Assembly: GCA_004431415.1 (NCBI GenBank)
Contig: QPMI01000122.1
Span: forward strand, 1 to 64,000
Origin: Cyanophora paradoxa CCMP329
Taxonomy: Eukaryota; Plantae; Glaucophyta
DNA: 64,000 bases
Direction: 5' to 3'
A program made the position numbers and the translations under genes. Positions 25,001-37,000 of the stretch are shown piece after piece. Position 1 is the stretch's first letter. Each line of letters opens with the position of its first letter. Below the pieces are notes generated by a model. That model saw only the letters and a list, made by a program, of their open reading frames with translations. It did not search any database and had not been told where the DNA came from.

Positions 25001-28000
25001 GGGGCGATTGCCGCAGTCGTCGTAGCCGATTCCAGCGTGTCCGTTCTTGTGCAGAGGACGGACGCAGCACTCGCTTCAGCATCCACCGCCAGCGTCAGCG
25101 TCACGTTCCCGCCAGCCCGCGGCACTCCCGTCGCTCCCGCCAGCGGCGACGTGATGTTCGGCGCAAGCAGCTCCGTCGTGAACGCCACCGCCGCCGAATC
25201 GCTCGAGGTCACGCTGCCCACCGTCTGGTTCGCCACGCACGAGTACGTCCTGCCTGCCTCCAGCGCGATCTGCAGCATTTGGCCAGCATTTCAGTCGTTC
25301 GCCGCAAACGACCCAAAAACACATCACGCACGGAGACCGTTGCATGATTGCTGTTTCCCGCGATCGCCACGCTCGTCGCTGTCGCAGAGAGCGTGTCCGA
25401 ACGAGTGCACATCAATGACACTGCGCTTGCAGCAGCGTCCACCGCCAGCGTCAGCGTCACGTTTCCGCCCTCCCGCCCCACGCCCATCGCCCCCGCCAGC
25501 GGCGACGTGATGTTCGGCGGCAGCAGCTCCGTCGTGAACTCTACCTCCGCCGAGTCGCTCGACGTCACACTACCCGCTGTCTGGTTCGCCACGCACGAGT
25601 AGGTCCGTCCCGCCTCGACAGCAATCTGCGCACCAGTACCGATGCCCAGTCAGCAAGTGCCGCCTTTGCCTGCATCGAAAGGAGCCCTCCATGACATACC
25701 GAGACCATCGTCGAACCAGTGCCAAGAGCGATTGGCGCGCCTCCCGACACTGAGGTCAGCGTATCCAGCCGAGTGCACCTCGCAGACACCACGCTCGACC
25801 CTGCATCGACCGCAACAAATAACGTCACGTTGCCATCGACCCGCGGCACACCCGTCGCCCCCGCCAACGGCGACGTGATGTTCGGCGGCAGCAGCTCCGT
25901 CGTGAACGCCACCGCCGCCGAATCGCTCGACGTCACGCTCCCGACCGTCTGGTTTGCCACGCACGAGTACGTGCTCCCCGCGTCAAGCGCAATCTGTGAC
26001 ACGCCCACCCCCCCCTCAGCCATCACCGGCACGGGCCGCCTCTGGAATTTGGAGTCGACGCGCACCGATACAGCCGCCAGGCCGTCGTTCGGGACAATTG
26101 CCGAACTCGTCTCCACCGTTGACAGCGAGTCCGTTCTTGTACAGTGGATGGACGCAGCGCTCGCTGCAGCGTCCACCGCCAGCGTAAGCGTCACGTTGCC
26201 ACCTTCGCGCGCCACGCCCGTCGCCCCCGCCAGCGGCGACGTGATGTTCGGCGCAAGCAGCTCCGTCGTGAACGCCACCGCCGCCGAATCGCTCGAGGTC
26301 ACGCTGCCCACCGTCTGGTTCGCCACGCACGAGTACGTCCTGCCTGCCTCCAGCGCGATCTGCAGCATTTGGCCAGCATTTCAGTCGGACCCTTCGCCGC
26401 AAACGACCCAAAAACACATCACGCACGGAGACCGTTGCATGATTGCTGTTTCCCGCGATCGCCACGCTCGTCGCTGTCGCAGAGAGCGTGTCCGAACGAG
26501 TGCACATCAATGACACTGAGCTTGCAGCAGCGTCCACCGCCAGCGTCAGCGTCACGTTTCCGCCCTCCCGCCCCACGCCCGTCGCCCCCGCCAGCGGCGA
26601 CGTGATGTTCGGCGGCAGCAGCTCTGTCGTGAACTCTACCTCCGCCGAGTCGCTCGACGTCACACTACCCGCTGTCTGGTTCGCCACGCACGAGTATGCC
26701 CATCCCGCCTCGACAGCAATCTGCGCAGTACCGATGCCCAGTCAGCAAGTGCCGCCTTTGCCTGCATCGAAAGGAGCCCTCCATGACATACCGAGACCAT
26801 CGTCGAACCAGTGCCAAGAGCGATTGGCGCGCTTCCCGACACTGAGGTCAGCGTATCCAGACGAGTGCACCTTGCAGACACCACGCTCGACCCTGCATCG
26901 ACCGCCACAAATAACGTCACGTTGCCATCGACCCGCGGCACACCCGTCGCCCCCGCCAACGGCGACGTGATGTTCGGCGGCAGCAGCTCCGTCGTGAACG
27001 CCACCACCGCCGAATCGCTCGACGTCACGCTCCCGACCGTCTGGTTCGCCACGCACGAGTACGTGCTCCCCGCGTCAAGCGCAATCTGTGACACGCCACC
27101 CCCCTCAGCCATCACCGGCACGGGCCGCCTCTGGAATTTGGAGTCGACGCGCACCGATACAGCCGCCAGGCCGTCGTTCGGGACGATTGCCGAACTCGTC
27201 TCCACCGTTGACAGCGAGTCCGTTCTTGTACAGTGGATGGACGCAGCGCTCGCTGCAGCGTCCACCGCCAGCGTAAGCGTCACGTTGCCACCTTCGCGCG
27301 CCACGCCCGTCGCCCCGCCAGCGGCGACGTGATGTTCGGCGCAAGCAGCTCCGTCGTGAACGCCACCGCCGCCGAATCGCTCGAGGTCACGCTGCCCACC
27401 GTCTGGTTCGCCACGCACGAGTACGTCCTGCCTGCCTCCAGCGCGATCTGCAGCATTTGGCCAGCATTTCAGTCGGACCCTTCGCCGCAAACGACCCAAA
27501 AACACATCACGCACGGAGACCGTTGCATGATTGCTGTTTCCCGCGATCGCCACGCTCGTCGCTGTCGCAGAGAGCGTGTCCGAACGAGTGCACATCAATG
27601 ACACTGAGCTTGCAGCAGCGTCCACCGCCAGCGTCAGCGTCACGTTTCCGCCCTCCCGCCCCACGCCCGTCGCCCCCGCCAGCGGCGACGTGATGTTCGG
27701 CGGCAGCAGCTCTGTCGTGAACTCTACCTCCGCCGAGTCGCTCGACGTCACACTACCCGCTGTCTGGTTCGCCACGCACGAGTAGGTCCGTCCCGCCTCG
27801 ACAGCAATCTGCGCACCAGTACCGATGCCCAGTCAGCAAGTGCCGCCTTTGCCTGCATCGAAAGGAGCCCTCCATGACATACCGAGACCATCGTCGAACC
27901 AGTGCCAAGAGCGATTGGCGCGCCTCCCGACACTGAGGTCAGCGTATCCAGCCGAGTGCACCTCGCAGACACCACGCTCGACCCTGCATCGACCGCCACA

Positions 28001-31000
28001 AATAACGTCACGTTGCCATCGACCCGCGGCACACCCGTCGCCCCCGCCAACGGCGACGTGATGTTCGGCGGCAGCAGCTCCGTCGTGAACGCCACCGCCG
28101 CCGAATCGCTCGACGTCACGCTCCCGACCGTCTGGTTTGCCACGCACGAGTACGTGCTCCCCGCGTCAAGCGCAATCTGTGACACGCCCACCCCCCGCTC
28201 AGCCATCACCGGCACGGGCCGCCTCTGGAATTCGAAGTCGACGCGCACCGATACAGCCGCCAGGCCGTCGTTCGGGACAATTGCCGAACTCGTCTCCACC
28301 GTTGACAGCGAGTCCGTTCTTGTACAGTGGATGGACGCGGCGCTCGCTGCAGCGTCCACCGCCAGCGTAAGCGTCACGTTGCCACCTTCGCGCGCCACGC
28401 CCGTCGCCCCCGCCAGCGGCGACGTGATGTTTGGCGCAAGCAGCTCCGTCGTGAACGCCACCGCCGCCGAATCGCTCGAGGTCACGCTGCCCACCGTCTG
28501 GTTCGCCACGCACGAGTACGTCCTGCCTGCCTCCAGCGCGATCTGCAGCATTTGGCCAGCATTTCAGTCGGACCCTTCGCCGCAAACGACCCAAAAACAC
28601 ATCACGCACGGAGACCGTTGCATGATTGCTGTTTCCCGTGATCGCCACGCTCGTCTCTGTCGCAGAGAGCGTGTCCGAACGAGTGCACATCAATGACACT
28701 GCGCTTGCAGCAGCGTCCACCGCCAGCGTCAGCGTCACGTTTCCGCCCTCCCGCCCCACGCCCATCGCCCCCGCCAGCGGCGACGTGATGTTCGGCGGCA
28801 GCAGCTCCGTCGTGAACTCTACCTCCGCCGAGTCGCTCGACGTCACACTACCCGCTGTCTGGTTCGCCACGCACGAGTATGCCCATCCCGCCTCGACAGC
28901 AATCTGCGCAGTACCGATGCCCAGTCAGCAAGTACCGCCTTTGCCTGCATCGAAAGGAGCCCTCCATGACATACCGAGACCATCGTCGAACCAGTGCCAA
29001 GAGCGATTGGCGCGCTTCCCGCCACTGAGGTCAGCGTATCCAGACGAGTGCACCTTGCAGACACCACGCTCGACCCTGCATCGACCGCCACAAATAACGT
29101 CACGTTGCCATCGACCCGCGGCACACCCGTCGCCCCCGCCAACGGCGACGTGATGTTCGGCGGCAGCAGCTCCGTCGTGAACGCCACCACCGCCGAATCG
29201 CTCGACGTCACGCTCCCGACCGTCTGGTTTGCCACGCACGAGTACGTGCTCCCCGCGTCAAGCGCAATCTGTGACACGCCCACCCCCCCCTCAGCCATCA
29301 CCGGCACGGGCCGCCTCTGGAATTTGGAGTCGACGCGCACCGATACAGCCGCCAGGCCGTCGTTCGGGACGATTGCCGAACTCGTCTCCACCGTTGACAG
29401 CGAGTCCGTTCTTGTACAGTGGATGGACGCAGCGCTCGCTGCAGCGTCCACCGCCAGCGTAAGCGTCACGTTGCCACCTTCGCGCGCCACGCCCGTCGCC
29501 CCCGCCAGCGGCGACGTGATGTTTGGCGCAAGCAGCTCCGTCGTGAACGCCACCGCCGCCGAATCGCTCGAGGTCACGCTGCCCACCGTCTGGTTCGCCA
29601 CGCACGAGTACGTCCTGCCTGCCTCCAGCGCGATCTGCAGCATTTGGCCAGCATTTCAGTCGGACCCTTCGCCGCAAACGACCCAAAAACACATCACGCA
29701 CGGAGACCGTTGCATGATTGCTGTTTCCCGTGATCGCCACGCTCGTCTCTGTCGCAGAGAGCGTGTCCGAACGAGTGCACATCAATGACACTGCGCTTGC
29801 AGCAGCGTCCACCGCCAGCGTCAGCGTCACGTTTCCGCCCTCCCGCCCCACGCCCATCGCCCCCGCCAGCGGCGACGTGATGTTCGGCGGCAGCAGCTCC
29901 GTCGTGAACTCTACCTCCGCCGAGTCGCTCGACGTCACACTACCCGCTGTCTGGTTCGCCACGCACGAGTATGCCCATCCCGCCTCGACAGCAATCTGCG
30001 CAGTACCGATGCCCAGTCAGCAAGTGCCGCCTTTGCCTGCATCGAAAGGAGCCCTCCATGACATACCGAGACCATCGTCGAACCAGTGCCAAGAGCGATT
30101 GGCGCGCTTCCCGCCACTGAGGTCAGCGTATCCAGACGAGTGCACCTTGCAGACACCACGCTCGACCCTGCATCGACCGCCACAAATAACGTCACGTTGC
30201 CATCGACCCGCGGCACACCCGTCGCCCCCGCCAACGGCGACGTGATGTTCGGCGGCAGCAGCTCCGTCGTGAACGCCACCACCGCCGAATCGCTCGACGT
30301 CACGCTCCCGACCGTCTGGTTTGCCACGCACGAGTACGTGCTCCCCGCGTCAAGCGCAATCTGTGACACGCCCACCCCCCCCTCAGCCATCACCGGCACG
30401 GGCCGCCTCTGGAATTTGGAGTCGACGCGCACCGATACAGCCGCCAGGCCGTCGTTCGGGACGATTGCCGAACTCGTCTCCACCGTTGACAGCGAGTCCG
30501 TTCTTGTACAGTGGATGGACGCAGCGCTCGCTGCAGCGTCCACCGCCAGCGTAAGCGTCACGTTGCCACCTTCGCGCGCCACGCCCGTCGCCCCCGCCAG
30601 TGGCGACGTGATGTTCGGCGCAAGCAGCTCCGTCGTGAACGCCACCGCCGCCGAATCGCTCGAGGTCACGCTGCCCACCGTCTGGTTCGCCACGCACGAG
30701 TACGTCCTGCCTGCCTCCAGCGCGATCTGCAGCATTTGGCCAGCATTTCAGTCGGACCCTTCGCCGCAAACGACCCAAAAACACATCACGCACGGAGACC
30801 GTTGCATGATTGCTGTTTCCCGCGATCGCCACGCTCGTCTCTGTCGCAGAGAGCGTGTCCGAACGAGTGCACATCAATGACACTGAGCTTGCAGCAGCGT
30901 CCACCGCCAGCGTCAGCGTCACGTTCCCGCCAGCCCGCGGCACTCCCGTCGCCCCCGCCAGCGGCGAGGTAATGTTCGGCGGCAGCAGCTCCGTCGTGAA

Positions 31001-34000
31001 CTCTACCTCCGCCGAGTCGCTCGACGTCACACTACCCGCTGTCTGGTTCGCCACGCACGAGTATGCCCGCCCTGCCTCCAGCGCAATCTGCGCGCCGCCG
31101 TCGATACATCGTTCAGCAACCGAACCAGGACAAGATGGAAAACGACACGCACCGACACATCCGCCTGGCCGCCGCTCGGTGCGATGGCCGCGCTCGTCTC
31201 CTCCGCCGACAATGTGTCCGTTCTCGTGCAGCGCACCGAGGTCGCGCTCGCCGCCTGATCCACTGCCAGCGTCAGCGTCACATTGCCGTCCACTCGCGGC
31301 ACGCCCGTCGCCCCCGCCAGCGGCGACGTGATGTTCGGCGCTGAGAGCGCCGTCGTGAACGTGACCGACCCCGAGTCGATCGAGGTCACGCCCCCGACCG
31401 TCTGGTTCGCCACGCAGGAGTACGTCCTGCCTGCATCCAATGCGATCTGCGCCCCGCCGCCCGTTTCCCGCTCAGTCACGTGCAGCCGTCCGCACGCCAG
31501 GGCGGGCGCCTGCGCACCGATACCGTGGCCCGATTGCTGGCTGGAGTGATCGCTGCGCTGGTCGTCACCGGCAAGAGCGTGTCGGACCGAGTGCACCGCA
31601 CGGAAGCCTCTGTCGCTGCGTTCTCCACCTCCAGCGTCAGCGTCACGTTGCCGTCCACCCGCTCCACATCCGTCCCTCCAGTCAGAGGTGATATGATGCT
31701 GGGAGGTTCGAGGGCGGTTGTGAACGTGATCGAGACCGAGTTTGGTGAGGATTCAAAGAAAATATTTGTTTGATTTGCTTCACAGATGTATTTGCGACCA
31801 GCATCGAGGGGGACCTGCAAATGGAGACGGCGGTGTTCAGGAAAAAAGTATTCCGCAACTCCGTGAAATTTGAAAATTGCAAGGGCGGACCTCAACTGAC
31901 GTCTCGGTGGAGCCATCTGCAAAGGTGGACGTGATCGTGACTTGGATTGAGCTGTCGTCTTGGCGGGTGCAAAGTATTGCAACTTCATTTGCCGTGCTGC
32001 TGACGCTGACAGTGAACGTGACGTTTCCAGCATCGCGTGGAATGTCAGTGGCGTCGTTTGCCGGTGAGAGAATACTTGGAGCCTCGATGCTCGATTGCAA
32101 CAATCTGCGACGCACTCCCGGCAGGCGAACTACCACAGGGAGAGATTCCTGCGACCGCCTGTTTTCACTTGTCTGGAACACCACGCAAGTATACTCGTCT
32201 GGAGCCGGAAGAGTAACCTGCAAGCGAATATCAGATTCAACACGGGCCCAGAAACGACGCCCGAACCCTGATTCGGTTGAAGAACGAAGTCCGTTCGCGA
32301 TGCGAGCTTGCGACAGGTTGGACCGATGCGTGGCGAGGTGTGCAGGTGACAGTGGCCGAGTCGGCAGAGAGGCTGAGAGAAACTGAAAACTCGATGGTCG
32401 GATGCTTTGTGACTAACAGTCCTCCCACCCTGGGAAGGACACGATCTCGACCATGCAAATGCAATGCTGATAGCAATGTGATTCGTGGCCGAGCAAGGGG
32501 CGTGTCAACGGATAACAGTGCTCGACGCGGCGGCGTTGGAGGATTGTCCACAGCCGAATCAGGGGAGGTAACGCTTCCGACGGTTTGATTTGCACGGCAA
32601 TCGTAGGTAACCGCGGTCACAAGAATAATCTGGGTTGATGCCAGTATATGTGGGCCTAACGCAACACAAAAAAGGAAGGGCAAGCACCTCGACCGAGGCA
32701 TTCGTCTCTCCTGGGTTGTGGAGAAACGTGGTGTGATCGGATGTGGCGGAAGAACCGGACCCGTCTGTAGCCATACAGATGACAGAGACGTTCTCCACAA
32801 AAAGGTCGACTTCGAGATCGACGATGGCAACACCATTCCCAAAATCAGAAAAACTGATTAACGTGATGACCGGCGGCAGCAGCTCCGTCGTGAACTCCAA
32901 CGCCGACGAGTCCCTCGACGTCACGCTCCCCACCGTCTGGTTCGCCACGCAAGAGTACACCCGCCCCGCCTCCAGCGCAATCTGTGCCACGCCCACCCCC
33001 CGCTCAGCCATCAGAGGCACGGGCCGCCTCTGGAATTCGTAGCCGACGCGCACCGACACGTTCGCCTGGCCGTCGCTAGGGATGATCGCCGAACTCGTCT
33101 CCACCGTTGCCAGCGTGTCTGTTCTCGTGCAGCGCACCGAGGCCGCGCCCGCCCCGTCGTCCACCGCCAGCGTCAGCGTCACGTTGCCGTCCGCTCGCTT
33201 CACGCCCGTCGCCCCCGCCAGCGGCGACGTGATGTTCGGCGCTGAGAGCGCCGTCGTGAACGTGACCGCCCCCGAGTCGATCGAGGTCACGCCCCCGACC
33301 GTCTGGTTCGCCACGCAGGAGTACGTCCTGCCTGCCTCCAGCGCGATCTGCGCCCCGCCGCCCGTTTCCCGCTCAGTAACGTGCAGCCCTCTTCACCCCA
33401 GGGCGGGCGCCTGCGCACCGATACCATGGCCCGATTGCTGGCTGGAGTGATTGCTGCGCTGGTCGTCTCCGGCAAGAGCGTGTCGGACCGAGTGCACCGC
33501 ACGGAAGCCTCCGTCGCTCCGTTCTCCACCTCCAGCGTCAGCGTCACGTTGCCGTCCACCCGCTCCACACCCGTCGCCCCCGCCAGGGGATCCACGATGG
33601 CCGGAGCTCCGACTTCCGTCGTGAAGGCAACCAGCTCCGAGTCGCTCGACGTCACAGTCCCACGCTCTGATTCGCAACGCACGAGTACGCCCGCCCAGCT
33701 TCCAGCGCGATCTGCACACCGAGAGAACCCGACCCGCTAAGCCTTCCTCTCGGCAGCCCCCGCATTCCGATACAACCCACGCACCGACACGTTCGCCAAG
33801 CCGCCGCTAGGGCGATTGCCGCAGCCGTCGTAGCCGATTCCAGCGTGTCCGTTCTTGTGCAGAGGACGGACGCAGCACTCGCTTCAGCATCCACCGCCAG
33901 CGTCAGCGTCACGTTCCCGCCAGCCGCGGCACTCCCGTCGCCCCCGCCAGCGGCGAGGTAATGTTCGGCGGCAGCAGCTCCGTTGCGAACTCCACCGCCG

Positions 34001-37000
34001 CCGAGTCCCTCGACGTCGCGCTCCCACCGTCTGGTTCGCCACGCACGAGTACACCCGCCCCGCCTCCAGCGCGATCTGCGCGCAGGCCGTCGATGCATCG
34101 TTCAGCAACCGAACCAGGAGATCATGGAAAACGACACGCACCGACACATCCGCCTGTCCGCCGCTCGGTGCGATGGCCGCGCTCGTCTCCACCGCCGACA
34201 ATGTGTCCGTTCTCGTGCAGCGCACCGAGGCCGCGCCCGCCCCGTCGTCCACCGCCAGCGTCAGCGTCACGTTGCCGTCCGCTCGCTTCACGCCCGTCGC
34301 CCCCGCCAGCGGCGACGTGATGTTCGGCGCTGAGAGCGCCGTCGTGAACGTGACCGACCCCGAGTCGATCGAGGTCACGCCCCCGACCGTCTGGTTCGCC
34401 ACGCAGGAGTACGTCCTGCCTGCCTCCAGCGCGATCTGCGCCCCGCCGCCCGTTTCCCGCTCAGTAACGTGCAGCCCTCTTCACCCCAGGGCGGGCGCCT
34501 GCGCACCGATACCATGGCCCGATTGCTGGCTGGAGTGATTGCTGCGCTGGTCGTCTCCGGCAAGAGCGTGTCGGACCGAGTGCACCGCACGGAAGCCTCC
34601 GTCGCTCCGTTCTCCACCTCCAGCGTCAGCGTCACGTTGCCGTCCACCCGCTCCACACCCGTCGCCCCCGCCAGGGGATCCACGATGGCCGGAGCTCCGA
34701 CTTCTGTCGTGAAGGCAACCAGCTCCGAGTCGCTCGACGTCACAGTCCCACGCTCTGATTCGCAACGCACGAGTACGCCCGCCCAGCTTCCAGCGCGATC
34801 TGCACACCGAGAGAACCCGACCCGCTAAGCCTTCCTCTCGGCAGCCCCGCATTCCGATACAACCCACGCACCGACACGTTCGCCAAGCCGCCGCTAGGGG
34901 CGATTGCCGCAGCCGTCGTAGCCGATTCCAGCGTGTCCGTTCTTGTGCAGAGGACGGACGCAGCACTCGCTTCAGCATCCACCGCCAGCGTCAGCGTCAC
35001 GTTCCCGCCAGCCCGCGGCACTCCCGTCGCCCCCGCCAGCGGCGAGGTAATGTTCGGCGGCAGCAGCTCCGTTGCGAACTCCACCGCCGCCGAGTCCCTC
35101 GACGTCACGCTCCCCACCGTCTGGTTCGCCACGCACGAGTACACCCGCCCCGCCTCCAGCGCGATCTGCGCGCAGGCCGTCGATGCATCGTTCAGCAACC
35201 GAACCAGGAGATCATGGAAAACGCCACGCACCGACACATCCGCCTGGTCGCCGCTCGGTGCGATGGCCACGCTGCTCGTCTCCACCGCCGACAATGTGTC
35301 CGTTCTCGTGCAGCGCACCGAGGCCGCGCCCGCCCCGTCGTCCACCGCCAGCGTCAGCGTCACGTTGCCGTCCGCTCGCTTCACGCCCGTCGCCCCCGCC
35401 AGCGGTGACGTGATGTTCGGCGCTGAGAGCGCCGTCGTGAACGTGACCGACCCCGAGTCGATCGAGGTCACGCCCCCGACCGTCTGGTTCGCCACGCACG
35501 AGTACGTTCTGCCTGCCTCCAGCGCGATCTGCGCCCCGCCGCCCGTTTCCCGCTCAGTAATGTGCAGCCCTCTTCACCCCAGGGCGGGCGCCTGCGCACC
35601 GATACCATGGCCCGATTGCTGGCTGGAGTGATTGCTGCGCTAGTCGTCACCGGCAAGAGCGTGTCGGACCGAGTGCACCGCACGGAAGCCTCCGTCGCTC
35701 CGTTCTCCACCTCCAGCGTCAGCGTCACGTTGCCGCCCACCCGCTCCACACCCGTCGCCCCCGCCAGGGGATCCACGATGGCCGGAGCTCCGACTTCCGT
35801 CGTGAAGGCAACCAGCTCCGAGTCGCTCGACGTCACAGTCCCCACGCTCTGATTCGCAACGCACGAGTACGCCCGCCCAGCTTCCAGCGCGATCTGCACA
35901 CCGAGAGAACCCGACCCGCTAAGCCTTCCTCTCGGCAGCCCCCGCATTCCGATACAACCCACGCACCGACACGTTCGCCAAGCCGCCGCTAGGGGCGATT
36001 GCCGCAGCCGTCGTAGCCGATTCCAGCGTGTCCGTTCTTGTGCAGAGGACGGACGCAGCACTCGCTTCAGCATCCACCGCCAGCGTCAGCGTCACGTTCC
36101 CGCCAGCCCGCGGCACTCCCGTCGCCCCCGCCAGCGGCGAGGTAATGTTCGGCGGCAGCAGCTCCGTTGCGAACTCCACCGCCGCCGAGTCCCTCGACGT
36201 CACGCTCCCCACCGTCTGGTTCGCCACGCACGAGTACACCCGCCCCGCCTCTAGCGCGATCTGCGCGCAGGCCGTCGATGCATCGTTCAGCAACCGAACC
36301 AGGAGATCATGGAAAACGACACGCACCGACACATCCGCCTGGTCGCCGCTCGGTGCGATGGCCGCGCTCGTCTCCACCGCCGACAATGTGTCCGTTCTCG
36401 TGCAGCGCACCGAGGCCGCGCCCGCCCCGTCGTCCACCGCCAGCGTCAGCGTCACGTTGCCGTCCGCTCGCTTCACGCCCGTCGCCCCCGCCAGCGGCGA
36501 CGTGATGTTCGGCGCTGAGAGCGCCGTCGTGAACGTGACCGACCCCGAGTCGATCGAGGTCACGCCCCCGACCGTCTGGTTCGCCACGCACGAGTACGTT
36601 CTGCCTGCCTCCAGCGCGATCTGCGCCCCGCCACCCGTTTCCCGCTCAGTAACGTGCAGCCCTCTTCACCCCAGGGCGGGCGCCTGCGCACCGATACCAT
36701 GGCCCGATTGCTGGCTGGAGTGATTGCTGCGCTAGTCGTCTCCGGCAAGAGCGTGTCGGACCGAGTGCACCGCACGGAAGCCTCCGTCGCTCCGTTCTCC
36801 ACCTCCAGCGTCAGCGTCACGTTGCCGTCCACCCGCTCCACACCCGTCGCCCCCGCCAGGGGATCCACGATGGCCGGAGCTCCGACTTCCGTCGTGAAGG
36901 CAACCAGCTCCGAGTCGCTCGACGTCACAGTCCCCACGCTCTGATTCGCAACGCACGAGTACGCCCGCCCAGCTTCCAGCGCGATCTGCACACCGAGAGA

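Noticed and set aside
25994-26065. Stop-free 3n introns in the arrays (72-nt and 66-nt types) as coding inserts
   Set aside because: They have GTGCG...CAG ends at the same position as non-3n introns, and some copies carry indels (e.g. near 27095), so they are best read as introns.
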